Numbered from the stretch's first letter, positions 18,401 through 28,421 are shown. The stretch: 64,000 nt of DNA from Candidatus Magasanikiibacteriota bacterium (GCA_943359595.1 CALRIA010000003.1:3179-67178), one strand, 5' to 3'. Program-made: numbers and translations. Notes: generated by a model not told the origin, from the letters alone.

Positions 18401-20855
18401 CATAAACATATTTTCCATCAGCGTAAAGACCAGCCGGATTATTTAATTTTGTCGCGTCGGTGACACTACTTATATATAAAGGAGAAGAGGGATTTGAAAC
18501 ATCAAATACATTCAAAGAACTATTTAATGTGCTTGGTACATAAACAAAATTCCCTGAACCAGCTATAGCAAAAGCAGTTCCAATAGTTGATGAAGCATAA
18601 AATCCAACTATTGCCGGACTAGTTTTTGTTTGAATATCTATTACCGACAAAGTGCCAGTTGAAGCAACTGCATACGCATAGTTTCCAGATACATAACTTC
18701 CATATATACCATCTAAAGTACTACTACTAACCGAACCTAATAAGCTAAGTGTTTTAGGATTATCTACTAATAATGTTCCATTATATAGATGTAGTTTAGC
18801 CTGTGGCGAAGAAGTGCCAATACCAACTTTGCCATCTCCCATAACAGATAAAATACTCGGCGTAGAGGTACCCACGCTAAACAGCGTACTAGTGCTTATA
18901 GTGGTAGATACCGTTACTGCGATTGCTCCGTTTGACAACAATCCACCCATACCTATATTTAATCCATTTTTAATAGATAAACTATTTCCTATATTTACAT
19001 TTTCCCAAACCGTAAGATCATTAGTCGCAATATTACCAATATTAGCACTACTAATATCAGCACCTTTAATATCTAAAACATAAAGACCAGAAGTACCATT
19101 AGCCACATAGGCATTTTTACCAACTATCTTTAAGCCATTGCCATCATTAATCGGATATGTGCCTATCAAGGACCCATTAGATAAATTAAATACATAAAAA
19201 GTAGTTGCATCAGTTACATAGGCATATCTACCAGAAACATACACTCCTTGCGCCGATCCATTAGTAGACATAGAAGATATTTCAACTGGAACAGTTGGCA
19301 CAGAAATATCATAGACGACTACTTTATTATCAAGTCCAGCCGCTAAATAAGCGTACCTACCAGAAACATACACATCACTAGAATTTGAAGTCCTGACGGT
19401 GGTAGAAGCAAGAACTGGATTAAGAGGATTATCAATATTTACAATGGACAATCCTCCACCACCAGTTTTAGCCATATAGGCATATTCACCGGAAATATAT
19501 ACTTTTACAGGGGCGACAGAAGAAAGCCGAGACGCCAAAATAGGATTTTTTGGGTTAGAAATATCGACAACTGTCAAACTAGATACATCCGCTACATAGG
19601 CATACTTACCAGAAATATAAACACTAGTTGCATTTCCTGCTGTATCATAAGAACCAACCAACACCGGCGTACTTGGAATAGATATATCAAAGATCAACAA
19701 ACCGTCAGTATTATCTGCCACATAAGCATATTTTCCAGAAACTTTTACATCCCAAGCATTACCAGCAGTATTATAATAACCAATTAATGCCGGGTTCGAA
19801 GGGGCGGAAATTTCAAAAATTTCTAAACCACTAGTATCATCTGCCACATAAGCATATTTGCCAGAAACATCCACAGCATATACAGTCCCAGTAGTATTGT
19901 ATGAACCAAGCAAAGTTGGATGTACAGGACTATCCACCAATAATGTTCCGTCATACAGATGTAATTTCTCTTGTGGACTTGAAGTTCCTATACCAACATA
20001 ACCACCAAAGGTTGACGAGGCAAAAGTGGTGGTAGCTGTAAAAATATTCAATCCAGAAAATGTTTGATTACTGGCTAAAAAAGCCAAGGTGGAAGAATTG
20101 GAAATATCACTAACACTAATAGTGCTAGTAGCCCAAGTGCCACCAACCACTTTTACAAATCCAGTCCAACCTGAACTATTTTGTCCCGTTCCACCATACG
20201 CATTTGAAATGACCGATCCATTCCATGTGCCTGAAGTAATTGTACCAAAACTAGAATTACCAGTGACGCTGAGTAAGCCATTGATATAAATACCAGTAGA
20301 AGTAACATGATTTAAATTAAAATTACCACTATTATCGGAAACCGGAATATACGAGGAAGACTGCGGAGTAGAGCTCGCGCCTATACCATCTAAATATTTG
20401 GCATTTAATGCAAATGGACTGGCTGTAATTCTTTTACGAGGACTAAGATTTTCTCCTCCAACTGTTATTTGCAAATAAACAGTTTGATTATCTTTAAATA
20501 TTACTGGATCAATCGAATTGGTGCCAGTATCCCCTAAATCAATTGTAAAAAAACCGTCGTTGACAGTAGTGCTTACGGTCGATGGTGAGCTGGTAGAACC
20601 AGCGGCAGAATATAATGCATTGCCGCTACTAACTGCATCATACAAAACATATTTTATCGCCTGCGTAGTAGTAACTGCCGCACCACCATTTAATAATTTT
20701 CCTTGATAAGTAATAACACTTGGAGAACTGGCTGCTTTAGCAAAATTTAAGTATCCAAAAATTGTCATTAAAAATGCAGAAAATAAAACTAATCCAAAAT
20801 ATAAAAAAATATTGGATTTTTTTTCCTTAAATTGATTCTCTACAGAAACATCCAT
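15429..20855 (-). CDS. Giant surface protein with two LVIVD-repeat beta-propeller modules and two peptidase G2/intramolecular-chaperone-like domains
   Basis: N-terminal TM/signal and ITYQGKL; many VSGKYAYVA..GL.IFDIS.P..P repeats; two DLAE...GDV....GVVS.NP...GRVP.KVS..NG.I..GD segments; Ser/Thr-rich tail. Confidence 0.75.
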   Translation of the reverse strand: MDVSVENQFKEKKSNIFLYFGLVLFSAFLMTIFGYLNFAKAASSPSVITYQGKLLNGGAAVTTTQAIKYVLYDAVSSGNALYSAAGSTSSPSTVSTTVNDGFFTIDLGDTGTNSIDPVIFKDNQTVYLQITVGGENLSPRKRITASPFALNAKYLDGIGASSTPQSSSYIPVSDNSGNFNLNHVTSTGIYINGLLSVTGNSSFGTITSGTWNGSVISNAYGGTGQNSSGWTGFVKVVGGTWATSTISVSDISNSSTLAFLASNQTFSGLNIFTATTTFASSTFGGYVGIGTSSPQEKLHLYDGTLLVDSPVHPTLLGSYNTTGTVYAVDVSGKYAYVADDTSGLEIFEISAPSNPALIGYYNTAGNAWDVKVSGKYAYVADNTDGLLIFDISIPSTPVLVGSYDTAGNATSVYISGKYAYVADVSSLTVVDISNPKNPILASRLSSVAPVKVYISGEYAYMAKTGGGGLSIVNIDNPLNPVLASTTVRTSNSSDVYVSGRYAYLAAGLDNKVVVYDISVPTVPVEISSMSTNGSAQGVYVSGRYAYVTDATTFYVFNLSNGSLIGTYPINDGNGLKIVGKNAYVANGTSGLYVLDIKGADISSANIGNIATNDLTVWENVNIGNSLSIKNGLNIGMGGLLSNGAIAVTVSTTISTSTLFSVGTSTPSILSVMGDGKVGIGTSSPQAKLHLYNGTLLVDNPKTLSLLGSVSSSTLDGIYGSYVSGNYAYAVASTGTLSVIDIQTKTSPAIVGFYASSTIGTAFAIAGSGNFVYVPSTLNSSLNVFDVSNPSSPLYISSVTDATKLNNPAGLYADGKYVYVVCYTGGGLTIIDVKNPAVPIITGRVTSTIKLNSTEGVYVAGKYAYVIDNTSLSVFGTLTIVDVSNVRSPNIIGFVSSTSLRGGGDSEKVYVSGRYAYVTGNLDNVLSIIDVSNPTAPTIVGSLADNSYGFSSGVFVSGKYAYVGTVNNLLVVDISNKAAPVLVGVYAHGSATVGAHGYAFAGKYAYVSGNTNDSFGILDLEGAEISTADIGNLSTNALTVWENSDIGNSLFVRNSLSVGAGGIISNGPISIFVSSTASPLFTIATSTNSSVFSISSSGNVEINTSSFGGGNTFSYKLLIDAGSTSNGAIGVNGFIRATSYVSGTTTLDLAETYPVNMLCTANGTCPTDGDVVCTDPTVIAGVKKCLASESSHIVGIVSANPGFLLGGGDLFNPNQNLGVVKVALAGRVPTKVSSINGEINSGDKLTLSNIDGVAAKAVGEVPIVGIAMENFSGSGEGSIVAFVSLGWQNQLYQSLTVNTDSSTLSVGSDVTPYNLALSGEFTMFNSVLNKLVFNATALFESKTNDTHAFIFNAINFDTSTDKYLLSLRSNNDPRFSVMANGDVRASGNIYAASAVFGTSSNPGDLAERVDIAADDIVEPGDVLVVDKENPDTYRRSGSSNQQTVAGVVSTNPTIVVGNGKTEYTAILAMVGRVPLKVSGENGAINRGDLLVTASSSGYAMKYDPKKDNNDNMVGVVGVALDSFVGDKGKIMALVRTGWVNSRYETISSIKDNIQQLATAQGIVLGATSTVNLNVENNNGQLIYSGGDLNLQGNMLLNVAAISSKNNHWSIDESGHFITRLNTSQGEKEMFAIQSPTSEFVFSSSSQLIAGEAKVAFDQTMQDMVDSNQPLKINVTLTSGEAKGIYVAEKNSQGFIVKELDGGKSDATFDWIVVAKRKDETTSLNIIEIATSTGNNQITNNQVSTSTNDTVTSSIISNPFSSADNSPQSLASTSSPNTETTLSPLPISSSETISPVVVPVETVAASTISQ

Positions 20856-20923
20856 AAAAAAATTCTACCACTATTATACTACTTTTTCATTATTTTTAGA
20901 ATAAAAATGTGCATAACTAACTA

Positions 20924-23827
20924 TCATTTTTTCTTTAAATTTACATCTTTAGCGATCGTCTCCGCTTCTTTACCTTTAAGATCAATAATTTCAGTTTTTA
21001 GCGATTCATAACCATCACGATCATAAGCTACATAGTATTGGTTATCTCCAGCCATAAAATAATATTTTCCATCTGGTCCAGTGATTTCAGTAGCAACTAA
21101 TTTGTTAAATTTAGAATCAAATAAACGTGCAACTACTCTAGATAATGGTTTTTTTGTTTGATCATCATAGATGATACCCCAACCCTTGGCTACTGGTGGC
21201 TTTGCTAAACGTTTAAAAGCAAATGTCATAGACAAATGTATCCCAAGTAACACCCACATATACCAAACAGGGGAAATATAAAGCGACCCAAGAGTAATCA
21301 AAAGTCCTATCCAAGAAACAGCGCCCTGTACTCTTCGCATCATTTTATTCACTATCAATCGCAATGGGGTTTTCAATTTTTGACCCGCCGGATCAAGTGG
21401 AATATTTGCAGTAATTATCGAACCTTTAGCAGACACTCTTATCTCTTCACCGTGATATATATCTATGCGTTGTCCATCCGTTTGAAAGCCTTTTAATAAA
21501 GAGGTAGGAAATATGAACGTCCCTTTTTTAACTTCCAAACGATAGCGTCCAGCATTAGTTGAGAAAAAATACCGACCATCAGAACTAGTTACTTTGGTTT
21601 GAACCAATTTTCCAGTATCTAAATTAAATAGACGAACCAAAGCCAAATCTACCGGTAATTTACTCAAAGAGTTATAAACTGTACCCCATTTTTCACGCTT
21701 GCCACGTCCCAATAATAATAATGGTTGCAAAAACAAAAAGCGTAATAATGGCAAAATATCCGCCCACGATACCAAAGCGACCGTACCAACCGCCGCTACA
21801 CCTACTGCAGTTGGTGCTACCACTGTATTAGCTATTTGTTTTACAACCGGATCAGCAGCTATTTCCTGAACTACTACTATTGCATTTTCCAATTGTTTAG
21901 TAGCAATAGCTGTTACAGCAGCGGTCTTTTCAGCAATATTTTTAGCTACATTAATAGCATTTTTAGCAATTGAAGCATTTGGATCAATGACATCTTGAAT
22001 TTTTGGTGGAATAGCAACTAAACTAATTGAAGTATTAACAATGTTATTATCTGTTGTAAAAAATTGACCACTATATTCATAAAATTTATCTTTTTTAGCA
22101 GTTATATAAAACCGACCATTTGGAACCATCCAACCAACCAAGCTATTACCACTGGTTATCTGCGGATTTTTTTGACCATAAATTTGAGCTGGGAAAATAT
22201 CTCCATTTTCTTTATGTAAAGTAACTTCCACTCCAACTAAACTTTTATTTTGTCCATCAGTTATCTGCCCTAAGTCAATTGCTTGTAAATCAACACCCAG
22301 AGAATCAAATTGATCTGCTCCATAATTTATTTCTATATAAGCCTGACTTTTACCACTTTGGGGAAATAGAATATCCGCATAATAAGTATTATTAGAGTTA
22401 TCTAAACTAAATTGATGTTGGTCAGTATCGCCAACTCGTAAAATTAAACTTTTAGGTTCGCCAATCAGCGAGGTCTTTTTTATTCCCACACTCAAATTAC
22501 TACCCGCCAAACCTGAAATTGTTTTATTTTTAATAGATAATTCAATTTGATGACTACCGGCAAAAAACTTTAATTTATCTAATGATAATTTTTCAAATTC
22601 TGGTACCGTTGCTACTGGTGAATTATATTCATCGTTATCCTGCAAACTAACACATCCTGGATCAACCGGAAAATCTACCAAACCATCATTATCATTATCT
22701 TTTCCATCGTTACAGACTGGGATACTCCCACCGACCAAAATTGGAGCTATTACTACGGGGGTTGGAGGTTCGTTTGGTGGATTAACAACTATCGCAGAAT
22801 CAATTTTCCCCTGAACAAAATTACCAGAACTAAAATTATTTGATGTATCGTAAGAAAATACTGTATAAAAATAGTTAAAACCAGCTAGCACCAAATTATC
22901 ATTTGTAGTTTCACCGTTTCCACTATATACCACAGTTGCTCCATTGTCATTTGGACCAGAAGCATGGATACCAATCTTTCTCAAAATCTTAACCCCTACA
23001 AAATCTGGAGCAAAAAATGATGATGGATTTTTCCAAGTTAAAGTAAATGAATTTTGTACTATAGAAATTTGCAGATTGGAAACATCTGGTGGCGATGTAG
23101 TATCCGCTAAAGTTTTAAAATTTAAGATAGTAGTACTAGTACTATTCAAATTAACATCAGTAGCAATAATTTGATAATAATGAGTTTTATTTGGCGATAA
23201 ACCGAGCAGCGTAACTACATGACTAATTGCTGGGGTCTGTCCTTCGGAAGCATTACTTCCCAAAGACATTGTTTCTCCATAATTTATTTGGACAGTAGTA
23301 TTTTTATCAGTATCAAAAGTCACTATCGCTGAATTAACCCCAGGGGTCACGATTACATTAGAAATCACTGGATTTAAGGTCGGTGAAATATAAACCGCTG
23401 TCTTAAAACTACCAGTAAAATTAGAACTATTATTACTAGTATCAACCACTGTAATTTTGAAAAAATAGACTGTATTCGTGGTTAATCCAGATAAACTCAC
23501 CACATAACTACCGCCAGGTGCGGCTGTCAAACCATAAGCTAAAGTAGTACCATAATCAAAAGTTACGGATGATATTCCTTTATTATCACTAGCGTTCCAG
23601 GTGACTGATGCGGTGGTAAAGGTTGTGCTAGAGGCAACGCTGGAAATGGTTGGCGGGGTGGTGTCGGATACAATAGGTGGCGTAGAACCACTACCACCGC
23701 TACCTGGTATAACCAACTGCACATTAATATTTTTATTTTCTGTCGCCGCTTTTGCTGAATAAAAAAACAATCCATTTAAAAATAAAACAGCCAACAGAAA
23801 AAATATTTTTTTATTCCACCACTTCAT
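20924..23827 (-). CDS. Surface protein with FN3-like and carboxypeptidase-regulatory-like (transthyretin-fold) domains
   Basis: Signal peptide; FN3 repeats (L.GL...T.Y.F.I); CNDGKDNDNDGLVDFPVDPGC Ca-binding motif; WG.VY....K.P...VRLF...T..DGRY.F repeats with TM segments. Confidence 0.7.
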   Translation of the reverse strand: MKWWNKKIFFLLAVLFLNGLFFYSAKAATENKNINVQLVIPGSGGSGSTPPIVSDTTPPTISSVASSTTFTTASVTWNASDNKGISSVTFDYGTTLAYGLTAAPGGSYVVSLSGLTTNTVYFFKITVVDTSNNSSNFTGSFKTAVYISPTLNPVISNVIVTPGVNSAIVTFDTDKNTTVQINYGETMSLGSNASEGQTPAISHVVTLLGLSPNKTHYYQIIATDVNLNSTSTTILNFKTLADTTSPPDVSNLQISIVQNSFTLTWKNPSSFFAPDFVGVKILRKIGIHASGPNDNGATVVYSGNGETTNDNLVLAGFNYFYTVFSYDTSNNFSSGNFVQGKIDSAIVVNPPNEPPTPVVIAPILVGGSIPVCNDGKDNDNDGLVDFPVDPGCVSLQDNDEYNSPVATVPEFEKLSLDKLKFFAGSHQIELSIKNKTISGLAGSNLSVGIKKTSLIGEPKSLILRVGDTDQHQFSLDNSNNTYYADILFPQSGKSQAYIEINYGADQFDSLGVDLQAIDLGQITDGQNKSLVGVEVTLHKENGDIFPAQIYGQKNPQITSGNSLVGWMVPNGRFYITAKKDKFYEYSGQFFTTDNNIVNTSISLVAIPPKIQDVIDPNASIAKNAINVAKNIAEKTAAVTAIATKQLENAIVVVQEIAADPVVKQIANTVVAPTAVGVAAVGTVALVSWADILPLLRFLFLQPLLLLGRGKREKWGTVYNSLSKLPVDLALVRLFNLDTGKLVQTKVTSSDGRYFFSTNAGRYRLEVKKGTFIFPTSLLKGFQTDGQRIDIYHGEEIRVSAKGSIITANIPLDPAGQKLKTPLRLIVNKMMRRVQGAVSWIGLLITLGSLYISPVWYMWVLLGIHLSMTFAFKRLAKPPVAKGWGIIYDDQTKKPLSRVVARLFDSKFNKLVATEITGPDGKYYFMAGDNQYYVAYDRDGYESLKTEIIDLKGKEAETIAKDVNLKKK

Positions 23828-24686
23828 GTTTATTTTTTTTATATATAAAAAATAATAAAATTAAAACTATGACCACACCAACCAAACACAGAAACCAAAC
23901 TGGCCAATACCAAAAATTTATACTACCAATTATCTGTTGATTCGTTAGCCCATAATTAATAACAATTATAGATCGATACCGCCCTGGCCAAATTAATTTA
24001 CTAATAGTATCTGGATGAATTTCAGCGCTACGATTTGATTGAGCAAATAATTTATTTCCTAAGTTAATGGGGCTTGAATCAATAATTTTATCTCTAAAAT
24101 CATAAGTTTGCACATTAGCCTTCAATGATAGATCAATATTACCAATATTTTTTACTTGCAAAAAATAGACTAAATTTTTATTAAAAAAATATTTTTTAAC
24201 CGGATAAAATTGATCCAAGGCCAAAGCTTCGTTAGCTATACCAGCAACTTGTAAAACTACAATTGTCATTAATCGTCCCCCGATATTTTGATTATTATTT
24301 TCCTGTGCGCCAAGCCCCAAATAATGGGCTCCCGGAGGAGTATTTTTGGGGATAGAAATCGTAAAGACAAAATCTTTATTTTCGTTACTTTTTAAAATTG
24401 TTTTTTCATTTTTAAATTTTACCCAATTTTCAGCCACATCACTATTTGATTTAAAAATCGGTCTACCCTGATTATCTTGTTGCACTCCTACAATTACCGC
24501 TTGATACTCTTTATCTGTATTTGAATCATTTTTTACAGTTACCATCAAATCCTGACTATCACCAATATCTAAACTAATAGTATATTTTAAAGGACTAATT
24601 GAAAAAGCACTGACCGAAGTAACTGACAAAAAAGACAGCACAACCAATACACTTACTAAAATTTTATTCTTTATCAACATAATCAA
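23811..24686 (-). CDS. Secreted, C-terminally anchored Ig-like protein (DUF916/WxL-interacting-like)
   Basis: Signal peptide; FSISP...VKNDS...W...FTISIP.NTPPG.HY; VKNIGNI; C-terminal TM followed by a basic tail. Confidence 0.55.
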   Translation of the reverse strand: MIMLIKNKILVSVLVVLSFLSVTSVSAFSISPLKYTISLDIGDSQDLMVTVKNDSNTDKEYQAVIVGVQQDNQGRPIFKSNSDVAENWVKFKNEKTILKSNENKDFVFTISIPKNTPPGAHYLGLGAQENNNQNIGGRLMTIVVLQVAGIANEALALDQFYPVKKYFFNKNLVYFLQVKNIGNIDLSLKANVQTYDFRDKIIDSSPINLGNKLFAQSNRSAEIHPDTISKLIWPGRYRSIIVINYGLTNQQIIGSINFWYWPVWFLCLVGVVIVLILLFFIYKKNKHEVVE

Positions 24687-25321
24687 ATATTAGCCGCTGC
24701 CGTTAAAGTAATATTTTGGGATAATGAAGCGGCTGCAGCTCCTGATGATCTTACAGCTTTAAAAGTTAAGGTAGTAGTGTCAAAAGAAGCTGGAACTGAA
24801 ACTGAAGACATTACTAACCCATTAATTATCGCAGTATCGTTGGAATAGGCTATGTGAGATCCACTTACTGCTAAACCATATTCTGACATATTTCCAGCAC
24901 CATCCACTATTCCGTCCGTCACGGCCGTCAATGAACTGCCACTAACTCCAGAAACTGATAAAGTATAACCAGTGACAGAATTGGTATCTACGACCGCAAC
25001 AATATTACTGCTAGCTACCACACCAGCTGAAGATAAAGTTCCAAAATCAATATTACTTCCATCAAGAGTTAGACTTAAGCGACCAATCTCAGCTGCCTGA
25101 TAGCCAGCTCGAACCTGATAACTAGTGCTGGTGCTAATTCCAACCGAATAACCACCCAATGAATCCTGCAAATTATAGCTCGTACTCGTGCCAACCCCAC
25201 CACCAAAATCTATACTATCGGCATATATATAATAATTGGTAGAAGACATCGCCGCTAGAACTACGCTAGGTACAACTAAGGCCATAATGATTAGCAAGAT
25301 AACAAATCTATTACTTTGCAT
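24683..25321 (-). CDS. Secreted Ser/Thr-rich hypothetical protein (fimbrial/WxL-like fold suspected)
   Basis: Signal peptide; SSTNYYI..DSI..GG; LSLTL....IDFGTL; TNS.TGYTLSV; terminal ITLTAAAN strand. Confidence 0.55.
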   Translation of the reverse strand: MQSNRFVILLIIMALVVPSVVLAAMSSTNYYIYADSIDFGGGVGTSTSYNLQDSLGGYSVGISTSTSYQVRAGYQAAEIGRLSLTLDGSNIDFGTLSSAGVVASSNIVAVVDTNSVTGYTLSVSGVSGSSLTAVTDGIVDGAGNMSEYGLAVSGSHIAYSNDTAIINGLVMSSVSVPASFDTTTLTFKAVRSSGAAAASLSQNITLTAAANI

Positions 25322-25323
25322 AA

Positions 25324-27606
25324 TTATTTTTTAACTTGGATTTCCCCAACCATTTTCTTTATTTTATCAATAATATTTTTATTATTAGGGTTCAGATCTT
25401 TTACTTTATAATAATATTGTAAAGCAGTACTTTTATCACCCCTAGTTTCATATAACAAACCAAGACTATAAAGCGCATTGGAATAATTTGGCTGGATACT
25501 AACAACTTTACTCCAAATTTTTTCAGCTAAATCTCGATCACCAGTTCTATTGCGATTATATAATAAGCGGCCATAATTATATAAAGTTTCTGGATCAGAC
25601 TGATTTTGGCTAACTATTTTATCATAAACCTCAATCGCTTTATCATTTTTTTGAGTTTGTTCATAGGCGTTAGATAGCCCAATATATGCACCAAAATAAT
25701 TATTCTTTAATTCAATTGCCTTTTCGTAATTTTTAATAGCATCATCCCACTTACCCATAGTCCCATAATTATTTCCCAAACGCCACCAATGTGTTGGGTT
25801 GGTTGGTTCTAAATCTCTAGCTTGTTGCAGAGATTTTAATGCCCACTCCCGCGCTTCTGGCACCAAAGCAGAAGCATTTTCATACATGGTGGCCAAATTT
25901 TCCCATAGAATTACCGACTTAGGGGACAAATCGGTTGCATATTTGGCCTCATTTACGGCCTTAGCCATAATAGAGCTAATAGCTTGTACATCTGGAGAAG
26001 ACTGCTTACTAATATCTACCGCCTGATTCAAATAAATTTGCGCCAAAGCAGAATGATAAACATCGGAGTTCGGCCTTTTAATCAAAGCATCATTAATAAA
26101 AATTTCTGCCGTCTTGCTATTACCACTTAAAATAGCTTTAGCATAAGCTACCTCACCCAGATATAATCTAGCACCCCAAACAGTAATCATTACCAACCCA
26201 GTCATAACTACGATTAAACCAAAGGAAAAAGATAAGCTATATTGAGGAGTATCTTCGAGTGTCCATTCTTTTTCATGAGTAAAATGTCGATTATAAAATG
26301 AAAAACCAACGACTAATAAAGCTAACATAAACCACCAAGTCAACCACAATACTTGACTATAAAAAACTAAACACAAACCAATAGTTAAAACTACAAAAGC
26401 AATGGTAACTAAAAATGATTCAAATAAAATACTGTCTTTTTTAAAATTCTGTTCCGATGAAGCGGCAAAACGAATTTTGTTCCAAACTTCAAAAACGTGA
26501 CCAAGCGTTAAAAGTATCAAAAATATGAAAGCACAAATAAACAAAATTCCGCCTTCAGACAAGATACTAAGTATACTATTAAAAGGTTGATTAAAACGCA
26601 GCGACCAAGCAACTGGGTCAGAATTAAAAGAAATACTCCTAAATTGAGAAAAATCTACACCAAAAGTCCCCAAACCGCTACCCACAAAAAAATCTTTAAT
26701 ACTAGAAAAAATAGTGGCATAAGCAACCGACCAAGAAGGACTAAAACCAAGAGCCACTTCAGTTGGTACTGGCATCTGAATAAAATTTGGCGTACCAAAA
26801 ACTATAAATATAATAGTAAACACCAATAGAGCAAATAATGCTGACATCCATCCCAAATGAACTTCTCGAATAAAGCTAATACCAAACATCAATAATAAAA
26901 TGAGCGCGATTAGCAATATTATCCATAATATTTTAAAACTCAACATCACTAATACCCCTAAAGACAAAATACCAATTACAAATGACCAAATAATTCGGCC
27001 AAAATTTAAATTCTTTTTTATTAACTGGCCAAAAGATAAAACCAATAAACCCACTGCCCAAACACCAAAAACACTATTGATAGAATCTACAGTATTCCAA
27101 GATGGCCCAATTAATTTTATTAAGATTTTTATTTTAAATACAATCATTAATATAAACACTACTAACGAAACTAACCCTACCGCCAATAGCGCGTCCAAAA
27201 TACCACGCCATAGTTTCTCTGTTTTTATAAAATTGGCTACAATATAATAAAAACCAAAAAATAAAACTAATAAAACAAAATTTAAAGTAAAGTATTCCGC
27301 TCGGCCAAAAAAACTATCATAAACGTTGGCCGAAAATATTGCCGATAATAATCCAACTGCTCCCATGGTTAATATCGGAACATCAATCATGGTTTTGGTA
27401 AATTGGATTTTTTTAGTAAAAATAAATTTTGAAATCCACAGCAATATATTTAAAAGTACTAAACCACCAAACACATACTGTTTTGGTATGATATAAAAAT
27501 TATTAAGATTTTTGTCTAAAAATAAGGGGACTAGTACTATATTTAAAATCAAAAATATATATGAAAATATATCTATTATTTTACTAATACGCGATTGACT
27601 AATCAT
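25324..27606 (-). CDS. Polytopic membrane protein, O-antigen ligase (Wzy_C)-like, with C-terminal TPR repeats
   Basis: About 12 TM segments; GSGLGTF...F...R...RFNQPFN..L..LSEGGIL loop; TPRs (AIKNYEKAIEL, ALYSLGLLY). Confidence 0.75.
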   Translation of the reverse strand: MISQSRISKIIDIFSYIFLILNIVLVPLFLDKNLNNFYIIPKQYVFGGLVLLNILLWISKFIFTKKIQFTKTMIDVPILTMGAVGLLSAIFSANVYDSFFGRAEYFTLNFVLLVLFFGFYYIVANFIKTEKLWRGILDALLAVGLVSLVVFILMIVFKIKILIKLIGPSWNTVDSINSVFGVWAVGLLVLSFGQLIKKNLNFGRIIWSFVIGILSLGVLVMLSFKILWIILLIALILLLMFGISFIREVHLGWMSALFALLVFTIIFIVFGTPNFIQMPVPTEVALGFSPSWSVAYATIFSSIKDFFVGSGLGTFGVDFSQFRSISFNSDPVAWSLRFNQPFNSILSILSEGGILFICAFIFLILLTLGHVFEVWNKIRFAASSEQNFKKDSILFESFLVTIAFVVLTIGLCLVFYSQVLWLTWWFMLALLVVGFSFYNRHFTHEKEWTLEDTPQYSLSFSFGLIVVMTGLVMITVWGARLYLGEVAYAKAILSGNSKTAEIFINDALIKRPNSDVYHSALAQIYLNQAVDISKQSSPDVQAISSIMAKAVNEAKYATDLSPKSVILWENLATMYENASALVPEAREWALKSLQQARDLEPTNPTHWWRLGNNYGTMGKWDDAIKNYEKAIELKNNYFGAYIGLSNAYEQTQKNDKAIEVYDKIVSQNQSDPETLYNYGRLLYNRNRTGDRDLAEKIWSKVVSIQPNYSNALYSLGLLYETRGDKSTALQYYYKVKDLNPNNKNIIDKIKKMVGEIQVKK

Positions 27607-27800
27607 AAAAAATCATACTTTAAAAAAATATTTTTACCATCGATATTATACCACAAAAAGTTATTCACAACAATTAGAAAACTTTACTTTTTTTTAAACT
27701 TTTTTTAAAAAAAATTATGTTAATTTACTAAATTTTAAAACTTTCTTATAATAAGCATTGCCAATTTAATAGCAATACAAAAAATTAATTCAAAATCAAA

Positions 27801-28178
27801 TGTTTCACAGGAAACATTTGATTTTCTTAATCAGGAATTATAAATAATAAAAAAATCAACTTTTTAACAGATGACTATAATTAACAAACAGAATAACTTG
27901 CATAAAATTTAACTAACTATTAATTTTATTACTAAGTTTGCCAATTTTGTCACTTTGCAGATCAAAAATTTTATAGATAGCTGCTCTAATCAACGTTTTT
28001 ATACTTTCCTCCAATATCCAAATATTAAGAATACGCCTACATATATGTATAAATAAGTACACATACACGTCTTTAATAAATTTCTCTTAAAATGTTTCCT
28101 GTGAAACATTCCACTGCTATTACCATTAATATCATTAAAATAAGATTAAATGGCTAGTAAAATGTTTCACAGGAAACA
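27801..28178. promoter_or_regulatory. Three parS-like palindromes TGTTTCACAGGAAACA
   Basis: Identical 16-mers at 27801-27816 and 28163-28178, plus the reverse complement at 28093-28108; two mismatches from the TGTTTCACGTGAAACA parS consensus. Confidence 0.75.
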
Positions 28179-28349
28179 TTTTAAAGAAAATACTAATATT
28201 AGCCATTTATAAATAAATTTGTATAGACTAGTGTATACAAATATCCACTTTTATATTAACTTATACCCAAAGTTATCCACATTATAATAAACAAAAAATA
28301 GGCCTTTAACCTATTTTTACCACAGCAATGCTAATATTGTGTTTTCTAG

Positions 28350-28421
28350 TGCCCCCAGCATGAATCGAACACACATTTTGCCCTTAGGACGGGCCTGTTC
28401 TATCCATTGAACTATAGGGGC
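28350..28421 (-). tRNA. tRNA-Arg(CCT)
   Basis: GCCCCTATAGTTCAATGGATAGAAC..GCCC-GTCCTAA-GGGC..GTTCGATT..TGGGGGCA. Confidence 0.92.

Noticed and set aside
16179-20706. Plus-strand ORFs antisense to the giant surface protein, and similar shadow ORFs elsewhere
   Set aside because: Antisense shadows of well-supported genes, with no recognisable motifs.
27607-28349. Definitive oriC call
   Set aside because: Only one perfect DnaA box, no dnaA/dnaN nearby, and no evident switch in strand bias by eye.
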